A stretch of 64,000 nucleotides of DNA. Source: an uncultured Clostridium sp. Its GTDB lineage: Bacteria; Bacillota; Clostridia; TANB77; CAG-508. Each line of letters begins with the position of its first letter. Position 1 is the stretch's first letter. Position numbers and translations under genes: made by a program. Below, piece after piece: positions 50,706 to 63,051 of the stretch. The stretch spans positions 4,301 through 68,300 of the forward strand of contig CABUKD010000004.1 in NCBI GenBank assembly GCA_902492105.1, written 5' to 3'. The notes below the pieces were generated by a model. It saw only the letters and a program-made list of their open reading frames with translations. It did no database searches and was not told the origin of the DNA.

Positions 50706-50978
50706 ATGATATCTACAGTTAAAAGAGAAATAACAATGAGTAAAGAATTACATTCTAAAATTGAATGGGCTTGCACTTTTAGTAATTGTGAACCAAAGAT
50801 AAAGAATGGTAATTTGAGAATGGTAGAAAAAACTAATCTTGCTTATGTAGAACCACATACTGCTGTTATTAAAGATAAGCTATATTTATTCTTTAATGAA
50901 CACGAATATTTTTACATCGGTAATTTAGCAAACAAATATCCACTCTCAAAGTTAAGAGATTTTATCAATGGTAACTAA
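50706..50978 (+). CDS. Hypothetical protein
   Basis: ORF behind AAAGGAGG. No family recognised. Confidence 0.4.
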   Translation: MISTVKREITMSKELHSKIEWACTFSNCEPKIKNGNLRMVEKTNLAYVEPHTAVIKDKLYLFFNEHEYFYIGNLANKYPLSKLRDFINGN

Positions 50979-51088
50979 TACTAGAAGTTTTCTTTATGTT
51001 CAGCAAGTTGTATTACAAGTAAATAATAAAGTTTGTTTTGAGTGTTAGTTATCATACTAGCACTTTGTTTGTTTTTAGGAGGTTTTAA

Positions 51089-52952
<1,864 letters not shown>

Positions 52953-53039
52953 TTGTTGCAACTATTACACTAATTGAAGTCTATGTTGCAACAAGCAAAT
53001 TAACGAATACAAATTTATATTTGCATTAGCAATATAAAT

Positions 53040-53148
53040 TTTGTGTGAGGTAATTTGAATAAATTTTATCCCTGTGGGAGAAAATTTATTGCCTCGCAGA
53101 GCCCCCGAGTTATGATGGTACGTCATAACTCATAGGGGGTTAGGACTT
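53040..53148 (+). promoter_or_regulatory. Candidate oriT / relaxase-gene leader
   Basis: Inverted repeats AATAAATTTT...AAAATTTATT (53058-53090) and GAGTTATGA-TGGTACG-TCATAACTC (53107-53131), plus a GC-rich block, directly upstream of the MobV gene. Confidence 0.4.
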
Positions 53149-53202
53149 ATGACAAGGTCAAAGTCCTCTGCTCCGAAGCAAATTCTAAAGGAGGAAAAAA
53201 AG

Positions 53203-54588
53203 ATGAACCAAGAATTAGCATATTCATTTCACTTAGGTAGTGATAAAAATAAGAGTAAGTTATCAAAGAAGGTTGCAAAAGAAAATGTATCTGGTTCTAC
53301 TTCTTTAGCAAATAATGCAATTCAAAATGTAAATGATTTATCTAGAGTAAATAAACACAATTTACGAGATTATGATAATCAAAGAGAACTAATTAGAGTA
53401 ATCTATGGTACAGATAATATTCTAACTGATGTGCAAGATTTATATTTACAAGAATTTGAAGAAGCCAAACTAGAATATAATAAGCAAACTAGAAATGATA
53501 GAAAGATAACTAATTACTTTGAAAAAATTTGCGAATCTCAAAATGATGTAGCTTGTGAGATTATAATTGAACTTGGAGATATGGATTTTTGGAATGATAA
53601 AGATGACAAATATAGATTTAAAATGATTGATGTATATAATGAGCAAGTAAAAGATTTAATTAATATTGTACCAACATTTAAAATAGCAAATGCAACAATA
53701 CATTTTGATGAAACCTCTCCCCACATGCACGTTGTTGGTGTTCCAGTAATTGAAAATTGCAAAAGAGGAATGAAAAAGCAAGTTGGAAAATCACAAGTAT
53801 TTACCAAAACGTCACTAACTGAAATACAAGATAAAATGAGAATGTCTTGCATTAAGTCTTTTAACAAGTTCTATGATATGGATTTCAAACTTAAAGATAA
53901 ACAAAAAGGTAGAAATCAAGATATAAATGTTAAAGATATGAGCGATTATAGACAAATTAAAAAGCAACTTGAAAACAAAGAGAAAAAACTTGCTGAAGCA
54001 AATAAACAAACTAAAAAATTAGATAATACGACAAAATATATAAATTCTATATTAGATAATTTAAAACCATCAAAACTAAATAAAAATAATATGCTTATTT
54101 CAATCGAAAATGTGCAAATAATAAAAAATTATACTGAAGATGTAAAAAATACTACTAAAGTTGTTAGAAACGTAAATGACTTAAATATGGCAATTAAAGA
54201 TTTTGAACACAGTTCTTTTGAAATAAAACAAGAAAACAATTCTCTAAAATATCAATTAGAACAAAAAAATGATGAAATAGATAACTTAAAAGGAGAATTA
54301 TCAGCTAAAGACAAAGTTATAGATAAATTACGAAATGAAAAAGAAAAGATAAAACAGGAATTGCACAAGTTTAAAGACTTTTGGTATAGTATTATGGGGC
54401 ATTTTCATAAAAGAATTTGCTATAATAAAGATGAAAACTATAAAATTGTTAGTGATGACTTATATAAAAATGGTATATTTACTGATGATGAAAATGAGAT
54501 AGCAAATGATATTAGAAGAAAAGTAAAACCTAAAGAAGATATTGAACAAATTAAAACTAAAAACAAAAATAATTTTGAATTAAAGTAA
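53203..54588 (+). CDS. MobV-family (Mob/Pre) plasmid recombination / relaxase protein
   Basis: ...ATIHFDETSPHMHVVGVP... (HxDE...PHxH motif) and a coiled-coil C-terminus. Start set at MNQELAY behind AGGAGG. Confidence 0.8.
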   Translation: MNQELAYSFHLGSDKNKSKLSKKVAKENVSGSTSLANNAIQNVNDLSRVNKHNLRDYDNQRELIRVIYGTDNILTDVQDLYLQEFEEAKLEYNKQTRNDRKITNYFEKICESQNDVACEIIIELGDMDFWNDKDDKYRFKMIDVYNEQVKDLINIVPTFKIANATIHFDETSPHMHVVGVPVIENCKRGMKKQVGKSQVFTKTSLTEIQDKMRMSCIKSFNKFYDMDFKLKDKQKGRNQDINVKDMSDYRQIKKQLENKEKKLAEANKQTKKLDNTTKYINSILDNLKPSKLNKNNMLISIENVQIIKNYTEDVKNTTKVVRNVNDLNMAIKDFEHSSFEIKQENNSLKYQLEQKNDEIDNLKGELSAKDKVIDKLRNEKEKIKQELHKFKDFWYSIMGHFHKRICYNKDENYKIVSDDLYKNGIFTDDENEIANDIRRKVKPKEDIEQIKTKNKNNFELK

Positions 54589-54601
54589 AGGAGCTAAACT
54601 T

Positions 54602-54850
54602 ATGGAAAAAGATAAAGTTAAAAATGTAATAGATATAATTAAAGATATGGATATAAAAGATAAATTAAGGTTAGGAATATGCTTAACTACAAGTGATTGG
54701 GCTAATATTTTATATAATAGAGCTGAAATGTATGAGAAATTTAATATTATGCTAAAAGAAATTGATGAAGAATATAGGGCTACTTTAATAAATTTTGCTA
54801 AATATAAAATTGTAATGTTTACAATGGCTAAAATAATGGAAACAGAATAA
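54602..54850 (+). CDS. Small hypothetical protein
   Basis: 82-aa ORF behind AAGGAG. No family recognised. Confidence 0.4.
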   Translation: MEKDKVKNVIDIIKDMDIKDKLRLGICLTTSDWANILYNRAEMYEKFNIMLKEIDEEYRATLINFAKYKIVMFTMAKIMETE

Positions 54851-54973
54851 AGTGGAAGAAATAAAGTTGCATTGTATTTGTTTAATAATATACAATAGAT
54901 TTTTTAGTAATTTGTAATTTTATAGAAAAAATGTTATACTAATTTTAGTTTTATAAGAAATCGAGGAAAATAT

Positions 54974-55771
54974 ATGAATAAACAAAGCAATGAAAGATTT
55001 AATGATTTAATTAATTATATAGAAGATAATCTTTGTGAAGAAATTAGTTATAAAAAACTATCTCAAATACTTGGTGTTAATGAATATACAATGCATAGAA
55101 TATTTTTATTTGTAACTAATTATACCCTAGCTGATTATATAAGAAAAAGAAGATTAAGTATGTCTGCTTTAGATTTACTTGAAGGGAAAGAAAAAATAAT
55201 TGACATTGCGGTAAAATACAATTATGAATCTTCACAAGCTTTTTCTAGAGCTTTTAAATCTATGATGGGCTTTATTCCAAGTGAGATAAATAATAATAAA
55301 AATAATATAAAATTCTTTTCGCAATATGAGCTAATAAATGAAAATGTGACAGATGAATTTCATTATCATATAGAAAAAAATATAAAATTTAACTTATATG
55401 CTATTTACATGAAAACAACAATCAAGAACTGCCATAATGAAGCTCCTATATTTTGGAAAGAGAATTATAAGTATATAAAAGGGAAAAAAGAATATGGTTT
55501 ATTAGAATATGATAAAACTTGTAGTATAGACGAAGCAATATATTATATAGCCTCTACAGAAACGTTTGAAAATGCAATAGAATTAAATTTAAAACCTAGT
55601 AATTATTTAGTTTTCGAATGTGATTATATAAATTCTACTTCATTGTATGAATTTTGCAAAAAAATATATAGGACAATTATTCCTAATATTGAATGTGAAT
55701 TAGAAGATTTACCAGATATTGAAGAATATTTACCGAACAACAAATTAAAATTATATATTCCAATAAAATAA
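54974..55771 (+). CDS. AraC-family regulator with GyrI-like effector-binding domain
   Basis: HTH_18-like N-terminus (...LSQILGVNEYTMHRIF...YESSQAFSRAFK...) and a C-terminal about 150-aa GyrI-like region. Confidence 0.7.
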   Translation: MNKQSNERFNDLINYIEDNLCEEISYKKLSQILGVNEYTMHRIFLFVTNYTLADYIRKRRLSMSALDLLEGKEKIIDIAVKYNYESSQAFSRAFKSMMGFIPSEINNNKNNIKFFSQYELINENVTDEFHYHIEKNIKFNLYAIYMKTTIKNCHNEAPIFWKENYKYIKGKKEYGLLEYDKTCSIDEAIYYIASTETFENAIELNLKPSNYLVFECDYINSTSLYEFCKKIYRTIIPNIECELEDLPDIEEYLPNNKLKLYIPIK

Positions 55772-55883
55772 ATAAAACAAGTGATTTTTTTAGTGTTAAA
55801 AAGGTCACTTGTTTTATTTTGAAAAGAGATACAATAAATATGTAGAATGTTATCTCAATTTGAATTAACTAGGAGGTTATGAG

Positions 55884-56867
55884 ATGAATGAATATTTAAC
55901 TCGTGAAATCTGGAAAATGCGGAAAAATATCAGAACTGAAGCAGGAACACCAGTAGTATCTCTGGTTCGGGTAGAAAATAAAACTTATCAATTGCTTTTT
56001 ATGTCTTGTGGATGCGAAAATGCTTGTACTTTTTGCAATTATGGCTTTGACTACAATCTTACGTTAGAAATGGTCAAACCAGAACTTCAAAAAATAAAAC
56101 TTGAAGATTTTGATATAGTTGAGTTGGAACTCGAGTCAAATGGCTCTTTTCTTTCTGAAAGGGAAATTCCCTATGATTTATTTCTTGAGATATTACATTT
56201 TGTATCCAATAGGAACATTCCTGTAATTACAATGGAAACTCATTATAATACAATCACAGAGAAGAAACTTCAGGACATAAGAAGAATTCTTGGTGAAGAA
56301 CAGGAAATACAGTTTGAGATGGGATTTGAATCAGCTGATGAAGATGTTAGAGCAATCTATAATAAAGATATAGATATGGAAAAGTACCTTGAAGTAACAA
56401 GATTGTGTAAAAAATACAAAATTGGTCTCCAAATCAATGTACTTTTAGGTGCTCCATTCTTGACTCGCGAAGAACAAATTCAAGACTGTTTAAATTCTCT
56501 CGAATTTATCTATGGTAAGATGCCTAAAGGAACTATTGCAGTACTATTTCCAATAAACATCAAGAAGAATACAATGTTAAAGCATTGGCAAGATATTGGT
56601 GTTTATGACCAAATTTCATCTTGGGAATTTGTTGAACTTCTTCATAGAATTCCTGAAGAATATTTGGACAAGTTTACTATTGCATGGTGGGGAAACAGAG
56701 AAAATACTTTCACAAAAGGTATTATGCAATTTCCTAAAACATGTGATAAATGTAGAGAGCGATTGATGAAATTCTATGTTGATTTTTATTGTAACTGTAA
56801 TCCTCACTATCGCAAGAAGATACTTGATGAAATTTGGACAACAAGGTGTGAATGCGACAAGAAATAA
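55884..56867 (+). CDS. Radical SAM protein (Elp3-like, TIGR01210-like class)
   Basis: CENACTFC (CxxxCxxC) cluster motif and a Cys-rich C-terminus. Uses two in-frame CGG codons (55920, 55968). Confidence 0.6.
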   Translation: MNEYLTREIWKMRKNIRTEAGTPVVSLVRVENKTYQLLFMSCGCENACTFCNYGFDYNLTLEMVKPELQKIKLEDFDIVELELESNGSFLSEREIPYDLFLEILHFVSNRNIPVITMETHYNTITEKKLQDIRRILGEEQEIQFEMGFESADEDVRAIYNKDIDMEKYLEVTRLCKKYKIGLQINVLLGAPFLTREEQIQDCLNSLEFIYGKMPKGTIAVLFPINIKKNTMLKHWQDIGVYDQISSWEFVELLHRIPEEYLDKFTIAWWGNRENTFTKGIMQFPKTCDKCRERLMKFYVDFYCNCNPHYRKKILDEIWTTRCECDKK

Positions 56868-56883
56868 AATTCCGCAATGCAAA

Positions 56884-56910
56884 GCAGATGGCTCTTGCCA
56901 TCTGTTTTGT
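56884..56910. terminator. Bidirectional terminator between convergent genes
   Basis: GCAGATGGC-TCTT-GCCATCTGTTTTGTG. Confidence 0.6.
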
Positions 56911-56915
56911 GTTTG

Positions 56916-57467
56916 TTAATTTAATAGTAAATCTTTTAAGTCTTTTTTTATTTTTGGTGGATAGTTATATATTGGATTACCAATAATAAATCCACATATT
57001 TGTTCAAAATCTTTAATTCCTAGATATTTATCAATTTCATTTTCTATATATAACGTATCACATAAAATGCAACTACCCAAACCTAAATTTACAGCTTGTA
57101 AGCTCATATTTTCTATTGCACATCCTAAAGATATATAATCAGGTTTTTTATAATTCTCATTTTTAGATTTAGATTTATACCCGTCACTATAAATCATTAT
57201 CATTTTATTGGCTGTACGTATTTGCTCTGCTGAGCCTTTTACACTGGTTCTTTCTTTTAGATTTTGTTTATCCCATTCGAAAAGCATATTCATAATATCA
57301 TCTTTTTGTTTATCGTTTAAAATATAAAATTTCCAAGGTTGCCTATTTCTTGCAGAAGGTGCTAGACTTCCACTTGATAAAATCTTTTCCAATTGTTTTT
57401 CAGAAACTTCATCATTTGTAAATAATCTAGCAGAACGTCTAGTATCAACTATTTCATCAAAATTCAT
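56916..57467 (-). CDS. Nitroreductase-family protein
   Basis: ...DTRRSARLFTNDEVSEKQLEKILSSGSLAPSARNRQPWKFYIL... Confidence 0.8.
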   Translation of the reverse strand: MNFDEIVDTRRSARLFTNDEVSEKQLEKILSSGSLAPSARNRQPWKFYILNDKQKDDIMNMLFEWDKQNLKERTSVKGSAEQIRTANKMIMIYSDGYKSKSKNENYKKPDYISLGCAIENMSLQAVNLGLGSCILCDTLYIENEIDKYLGIKDFEQICGFIIGNPIYNYPPKIKKDLKDLLLN

Positions 57468-57616
57468 ATCAATACCTCATAAAAATATTTTAAATATATT
57501 TTATTGAATTTATAATATAAAAAAATGACTTTAATGATATCAAATTTGTTTATATAAATTAATCAAAAGTTTACTGTGGTTTAATTATACTATTAAGACT
57601 ATAATTTAATTATATA

Positions 57617-58414
57617 TTATTTTAAATATTTAACATCTGTATCGTTCAAAATTTGCATTTGAGATATAGCAATTTTATTTAATTTTTCAAGTCTTTCAGA
57701 TTGTTTTAACCCTTCTTTTATAAAAACCGAATTTAAATTTTCTAAATTTGCTAAACATATCAATTCATTCATAGTCGCATAATTTCTTATGTTTCCATTT
57801 AAATTAAGATTATTGGTACGCCATTCTTTTGCAGTCATACCGAATAGTGCCATATTTAAAACATCAGCTTCTTCTGCATAAACAAAATTTATTTGATTTT
57901 TGTTTAATTCTTTAGGAATTAAATTGTTTTTTATTGCGTCAGTATGTATTTTATAATTTATTTTTGAAAGTTCTCGTTTTGCATTCCATCCTATTTGTTT
58001 TTGTTCTTCTGCTTTTAGTCTTTCGAATTCTTTTATTAATAATAATTTGAATTTTGGGCTAATCCACATTCCAAATTCAAAAGCAATATCCTTATGAGCA
58101 TAAGTTCCACCATATCTTCCAGCCTTTGAAATTATTCCAATTGCATTTGTTTTTTCAGTCCACTCTTTAACACTAATTTTATAACTATTTAAACCTGCTT
58201 GACTTTTAATTATGGCGAATTCGCCATAATTAAAATTAAGATTGTGAATTTCTTCCCAAATTCCTAAAAATTCAATAGTATTCCTGTTTCTTAACCAATC
58301 TGAAACAAAAAAATCACCATCTTTAGACTTTAACATATCAGTAATAGATATGTAATCTTCATTTTCGATTTTTATATAAGATATCTTTTGATTTAAAACA
58401 CTTAATTCTGCCAT
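57617..58414 (-). CDS. KilA-N domain-containing protein
   Basis: ...YISITDM...WLRNRNTIEFLGIWE...GGTYAHKDIAFEFGMWISPKFKL... Confidence 0.75.
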   Translation of the reverse strand: MAELSVLNQKISYIKIENEDYISITDMLKSKDGDFFVSDWLRNRNTIEFLGIWEEIHNLNFNYGEFAIIKSQAGLNSYKISVKEWTEKTNAIGIISKAGRYGGTYAHKDIAFEFGMWISPKFKLLLIKEFERLKAEEQKQIGWNAKRELSKINYKIHTDAIKNNLIPKELNKNQINFVYAEEADVLNMALFGMTAKEWRTNNLNLNGNIRNYATMNELICLANLENLNSVFIKEGLKQSERLEKLNKIAISQMQILNDTDVKYLK

Positions 58415-58579
58415 ATCTTGACCTCCTCTTTGAAATAATATAACAATTAATTTTTATCATTATACCAAACATAAGTTCTACAATCAATACTATTTGAAAA
58501 TTTTGTAAAAATATTCTATTATATAGTAGAAATATGACTTTGAAAAATGTAAATTAAATTTATTATACGTGGAGGATTT

Positions 58580-60205
58580 ATGAAAATAGAAAATATACTA
58601 ATTAGTGGAAAAGAAGAAAGCATTGATATTTGTTGTAGCTTATTTGGATATGCAGAGCTATTAAATAAATTACACATTCCAACAGGATACAATATAAAAC
58701 ATCAACCATATGAATTCGAGAAAATTTGTAAAAATTTTAATATAAATATAAACAATTCTAGTATTTCTAATAAAAAGACAATATTAGTAGGATTTTCTCA
58801 AAAATATTTTAATGAAAATAATATAGATAATTACAATATAAATAAAATTGTAACTAATAAAGATGTTGAAAAAATAATAGAAGATAATATTTCAATAAAA
58901 TATATAAAATGTGGATGTATTTCTAGTATCATAGCCAAAGAATTTTTGAATAATAATATTAAGCCTTCTAAACAAAGTGCAATATTATTATACTATGGTA
59001 TTGTTTATCAAACGGTAAATTTAAGATCAAAAAATACAAAAGTTATAGATTTAGAAATGGCACAATATTTAAAAGAAATTTATGAAGATGTTTTTTTAAA
59101 AGATAATATCAACAATATTTTTGCAATTAATAATTTTAAAGATGTATTATACAATAAATTAGAAAAACATTTAGTGAAGATTAACAATACGTTTGAAAAT
59201 CTATATATAGGTGTTATATGTATTCAAACAATAAATTGCCAGACGATTATTGAAGAAAATTTCAATTTAATATGTGATACTTTAGAAAGGTATAGAAGAA
59301 TAAATGAATTAGATTTTTGTATTCTACTAATGCAAGATTTTGAAAAAGGATATTCCTATATTATTAATCCTGTAAAGGAATATGAAAAACTAATTACTCG
59401 CTTGTTTCATTCTCAATTTAATAATTCTACTTTAGAATACAATCGTATAATATGTAACAGTGAGATTATATCTAGATTATATAAACTATGTACTTTTAAA
59501 GATGATATTAATACATTATGTACAGAGAAAAATATGTTCTTTAGCAATGTTAGATGGTGGGTGAATTTATGCATTGCTTCTATGAAAAAAATAGATTTAA
59601 ATCAGCTTGAATACGGAAAAAATCAACCAATAAAACGAAAACGAGAAATCATAAAAAATGCTTGTAATAAAGATTTATATTATTCAACATTTACTTACTT
59701 AGTTGCAGGAATGGAAGACTTTTTTACACAATTAATAAAACTAATTTTACAAAAAGATAATAGACGTTTATTAGTAACTATAAAAGATATAAATTTTAAA
59801 AGTAAATATGACCTTAAAAATATAGTATTAGCTAATAATAAAGAAGAAATAATTGATTTTATTATTGAAGACAGAATTATTTCTATTATGTATGCGAATC
59901 CAAGATGTCAAGCTGAATATTTTAGAAAAGCATTAAGTATAAATATATCTGATGATGAATGGAATAAATGGTATGAGATAAAAGCTACAAGAGATATAAT
60001 TGTTCATAATTTAGGAATAATAAATGAAACCTATATTGAGAAGGCAGGTGTATCTTCAAGAGGAAATTTAGGAGATACTATTAGAGTAGATACAAGTTAT
60101 TTTCTTTCTTCTATAAAGTTTATGAAGAAAATTATAAGTACGTGCAATGTAATTATAAAAGATGAATTTGTATTTAATAATAATTATTATTATCAAGAAT
60201 TTTAA
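58580..60205 (+). CDS. Fusion protein: degenerate DHH/family-II-pyrophosphatase-like N-terminal half plus C-terminal HEPN-like domain
   Basis: CGCISSIIAKEFLNNNIKPSKQSAILLYYGIVYQTVNLRSKNTKVIDLEMAQYLKEI aligns with ppaC from this window ([57 protein letters not shown]). The DxD, D and DHH catalytic motifs are lost. The C-terminus has ...ATRDIIVHN... (Rx4H). Confidence 0.55.
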   Translation: MKIENILISGKEESIDICCSLFGYAELLNKLHIPTGYNIKHQPYEFEKICKNFNININNSSISNKKTILVGFSQKYFNENNIDNYNINKIVTNKDVEKIIEDNISIKYIKCGCISSIIAKEFLNNNIKPSKQSAILLYYGIVYQTVNLRSKNTKVIDLEMAQYLKEIYEDVFLKDNINNIFAINNFKDVLYNKLEKHLVKINNTFENLYIGVICIQTINCQTIIEENFNLICDTLERYRRINELDFCILLMQDFEKGYSYIINPVKEYEKLITRLFHSQFNNSTLEYNRIICNSEIISRLYKLCTFKDDINTLCTEKNMFFSNVRWWVNLCIASMKKIDLNQLEYGKNQPIKRKREIIKNACNKDLYYSTFTYLVAGMEDFFTQLIKLILQKDNRRLLVTIKDINFKSKYDLKNIVLANNKEEIIDFIIEDRIISIMYANPRCQAEYFRKALSINISDDEWNKWYEIKATRDIIVHNLGIINETYIEKAGVSSRGNLGDTIRVDTSYFLSSIKFMKKIISTCNVIIKDEFVFNNNYYYQEF

Positions 60206-60444
60206 ATGATTTCATTAATTATTTATAAAATAAAGTATTGATAATATTTCTAATTTATGTTAAAGTATAAACAATAAATCGAATTATATAAAAAGTGAGC
60301 AATTACATTGTTTTTAATTTTTTCGCATACCTGTTTCGTAATCGCTCCATTTGAATACAACTTACGGACTATAAAAAGTTCGTAAGTTTTTATTTTTATA
60401 TATGAAACTTAAATGTTCTCTTTCTAGGAAGGAGGACATTTTTT

Positions 60445-60729
60445 ATGCTTGAATTTAAGACCATTCAGACTTTAAAGCCGAATACGGAAATACTTGAAGT
60501 GATTAAGGATTATAAATACAAAATTAAAAACGGTAAGGTTAAAAATCTACTACACACCAATTTACAAGTTATAGAACCCACTGAATATCTGATTACATAT
60601 CCTATTACTCTTACAATACTAGAATACAAAGTAAATGAAATATCTAGTAAAACATTTTATATTAAAGAGCATAATCAAAAATACAATCTCAAAGAAATCA
60701 AACAAATTTTAAATAATTTTAAAGTTTAG
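60445..60729 (+). CDS. Small hypothetical protein
   Basis: 94-aa ORF behind GGAAGGAGG. No family recognised. Confidence 0.4.
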   Translation: MLEFKTIQTLKPNTEILEVIKDYKYKIKNGKVKNLLHTNLQVIEPTEYLITYPITLTILEYKVNEISSKTFYIKEHNQKYNLKEIKQILNNFKV

Positions 60730-60842
60730 GCTATACTTTTCTTTTCTTAATGAGGAAACTAATAAGAAATATTAAAAAAATTTCAATTTAGTGTCTGTTA
60801 TTTTGCGTTTAAGTGAGGAAACAAGTGAGGAGATGATATTTT

Positions 60843-62633
60843 ATGAGATGTGGTATTTATGTAAGAGTTAGTACAGACGACCAAAGAGATAACGGTTATT
60901 CTATTGATTCACAACTTCGTATGATTAAAGAATATTGTAAAAAGAATGATTATAATATTGTAGATGTTTATAATGACGCAGGACATTCTGGTAAAGATTT
61001 AATGCGACCAGAAATGCAAAGATTACTTGCTGATATAAAATCTAAAAAGATTGATAAATTAATTGCCATTAAAGTAGATAGACTTACAAGAAATAATTAT
61101 GATGGCTTTTGGCTACTTAACTATTGTGAAGAACATGATGTTAAAATAGAACTTATTTTAGAACCTTATGATGTATCTACTGCTAATGGTGAAATGATAT
61201 TTGGTATGAATTTAGTCTTTGGACAACGAGAAAGAAAAGAAATTGGAGCAAGAACGAAACGTGCTATGGAAGAAATGGCGTTAGAAAAAATACACCCTAG
61301 TAAAGCACCCTATGGCTATATTAGAAATAAGGAAACAGGTCATTTAGAAGTAGAACCTATTGAAGCACAAGTTGTTAAAGATATATTTGAACTATGCAAA
61401 CAAGGCAATTCAACAAGAAGTATAGCAACGATTATGAAAGATAATAACGCCTATTTAAAACAAGGCAAGTGGGCATCTGATAGAATTTATAAAATACTCA
61501 CTAATGCTATTTATATTGGTATATTTGAATATGGAAAATATAAAAGAAAGCCACAAGACATTTTAAGAGTTGAAAACTATTGTGAGCCAATTATAGATGA
61601 AATTACTTGGAATGTTACTAGAAATGTATTAGTTAAAAATAGGCACTCAAATTATGGAGAATACATTCATTTATTTTCAGGATTAGTAAAATGCCCTATA
61701 TGTAGAAATATTATGAGTTCATCAGAATCATTTAAATATCCCAATGGCAAATTAAAAGTATATTATCATTTAAGATGTAAAAATCATAATTGTAAAGGAT
61801 TTGGACTTCATTATAATACTGAAAAAATAGAAAACAAATTAAAACAAATACTAGAAGAATTAACAATATTTATACTTTGTATGGATAATGAAATTATTAC
61901 TTGTAACTCTACTAAAAGCAATGATGTAAAAGAAATAGAAAAAGCTATTGAAAAGTTAAAACTACAAGAAAAAAGATTAGTTGATTTATATCTAAGTTCT
62001 AACCTAGATGTAGAAACTATTAATTATAAAAATGACATTATAAAAAAAGAAATTGATAAATTAAACAAAAAGAAAATTAGTCTTGATCCAGACAACTCAT
62101 CACAAGAATATACAGTAGAACTCATAAAAAAACTAGATTGTATAGAAGAAAATGAAACTTTAATTTTTACCAGTATTAAAAATATCGGCTTTACTTTTCT
62201 ATATGATTTACTATCACGAGAAGTCAAAAGAGATATGATTCATAGACTTGTATCACAAATAGAAATTACTAGAGATAAAAATTATAATATTGAAATTAAA
62301 GATATAAAATTCACAGATGAATTTATAACAAAAAGCAGTAAAGAGTATTTAAAATATCTTAATAAAATAATGACTGATAACAATACCGGAATTAAATATC
62401 AAAAAGAAATTAACAAAGAAAAACTAAAAGATTTAGAACAAGATTATGATATTTTATCAGTTACAAAAATGAAAAATAATAAGTATTCTAATGAATTTTT
62501 AGGAGATTTTATATCAAAATCCAAAGAGCATTTATATATAGATGGTATTATCAGTTGTCCTTATGTTAAAGATAATAAGTTAAAAGACATTTTAATATTA
62601 GTACCTAAAACTAAAATGGAAATAGCAAATTAA
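60843..62633 (+). CDS. Large serine recombinase (TnpX/integrase type), intact
   Basis: CGIYVRVSTDDQ...IKVDRLTRN resolvase domain, recombinase domain, zinc ribbon CPICRNIM...LRCKNHNC, coiled coil. Confidence 0.85.
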   Translation: MRCGIYVRVSTDDQRDNGYSIDSQLRMIKEYCKKNDYNIVDVYNDAGHSGKDLMRPEMQRLLADIKSKKIDKLIAIKVDRLTRNNYDGFWLLNYCEEHDVKIELILEPYDVSTANGEMIFGMNLVFGQRERKEIGARTKRAMEEMALEKIHPSKAPYGYIRNKETGHLEVEPIEAQVVKDIFELCKQGNSTRSIATIMKDNNAYLKQGKWASDRIYKILTNAIYIGIFEYGKYKRKPQDILRVENYCEPIIDEITWNVTRNVLVKNRHSNYGEYIHLFSGLVKCPICRNIMSSSESFKYPNGKLKVYYHLRCKNHNCKGFGLHYNTEKIENKLKQILEELTIFILCMDNEIITCNSTKSNDVKEIEKAIEKLKLQEKRLVDLYLSSNLDVETINYKNDIIKKEIDKLNKKKISLDPDNSSQEYTVELIKKLDCIEENETLIFTSIKNIGFTFLYDLLSREVKRDMIHRLVSQIEITRDKNYNIEIKDIKFTDEFITKSSKEYLKYLNKIMTDNNTGIKYQKEINKEKLKDLEQDYDILSVTKMKNNKYSNEFLGDFISKSKEHLYIDGIISCPYVKDNKLKDILILVPKTKMEIAN

Positions 62634-62655
62634 ATAAAGAAATGGAGAGATGGGA

Positions 62656-63018
62656 ATGAAATTAACTTATATAAAAGTTGGAGATTATTTATTACCTAAT
62701 TTAACTATCAAAAATCAAAATTACAAAAAAATTAACAAATATGGATTACTAAAATTGAACTATCTGAAAAAAACTAACAAGGCACTTTATATTACTCTTT
62801 TAATGAAAAATGAACTAACTAATTATCTTATTTCAGTCAGTAATGAATGTGAAAATAGTTTAAATAACCTAATGGAACAATTAAAAAAATCAAACAAATT
62901 ACTATCTGAAAAAAGTAAAGAAATCAATCAATTAGAACGTACAAAACTAATAAATAACTACAAAAATATTGCAGAAGAAAATATTTTAAATGAACTAACT
63001 TATAATAAAAATGTGTGA
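62656..63018 (+). CDS. tnpV: TnpV-like transposon protein
   Basis: MKLTYIKVGDYLLPNL...KYGLLKLNYLKK...LY..LLM...L..YL resembles TnpV of Tn4451-type elements. Confidence 0.6.
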   Translation: MKLTYIKVGDYLLPNLTIKNQNYKKINKYGLLKLNYLKKTNKALYITLLMKNELTNYLISVSNECENSLNNLMEQLKKSNKLLSEKSKEINQLERTKLINNYKNIAEENILNELTYNKNV

Positions 63019-63051
63019 GTACAAACTATAATATTTGTACTAGCCAGCACT

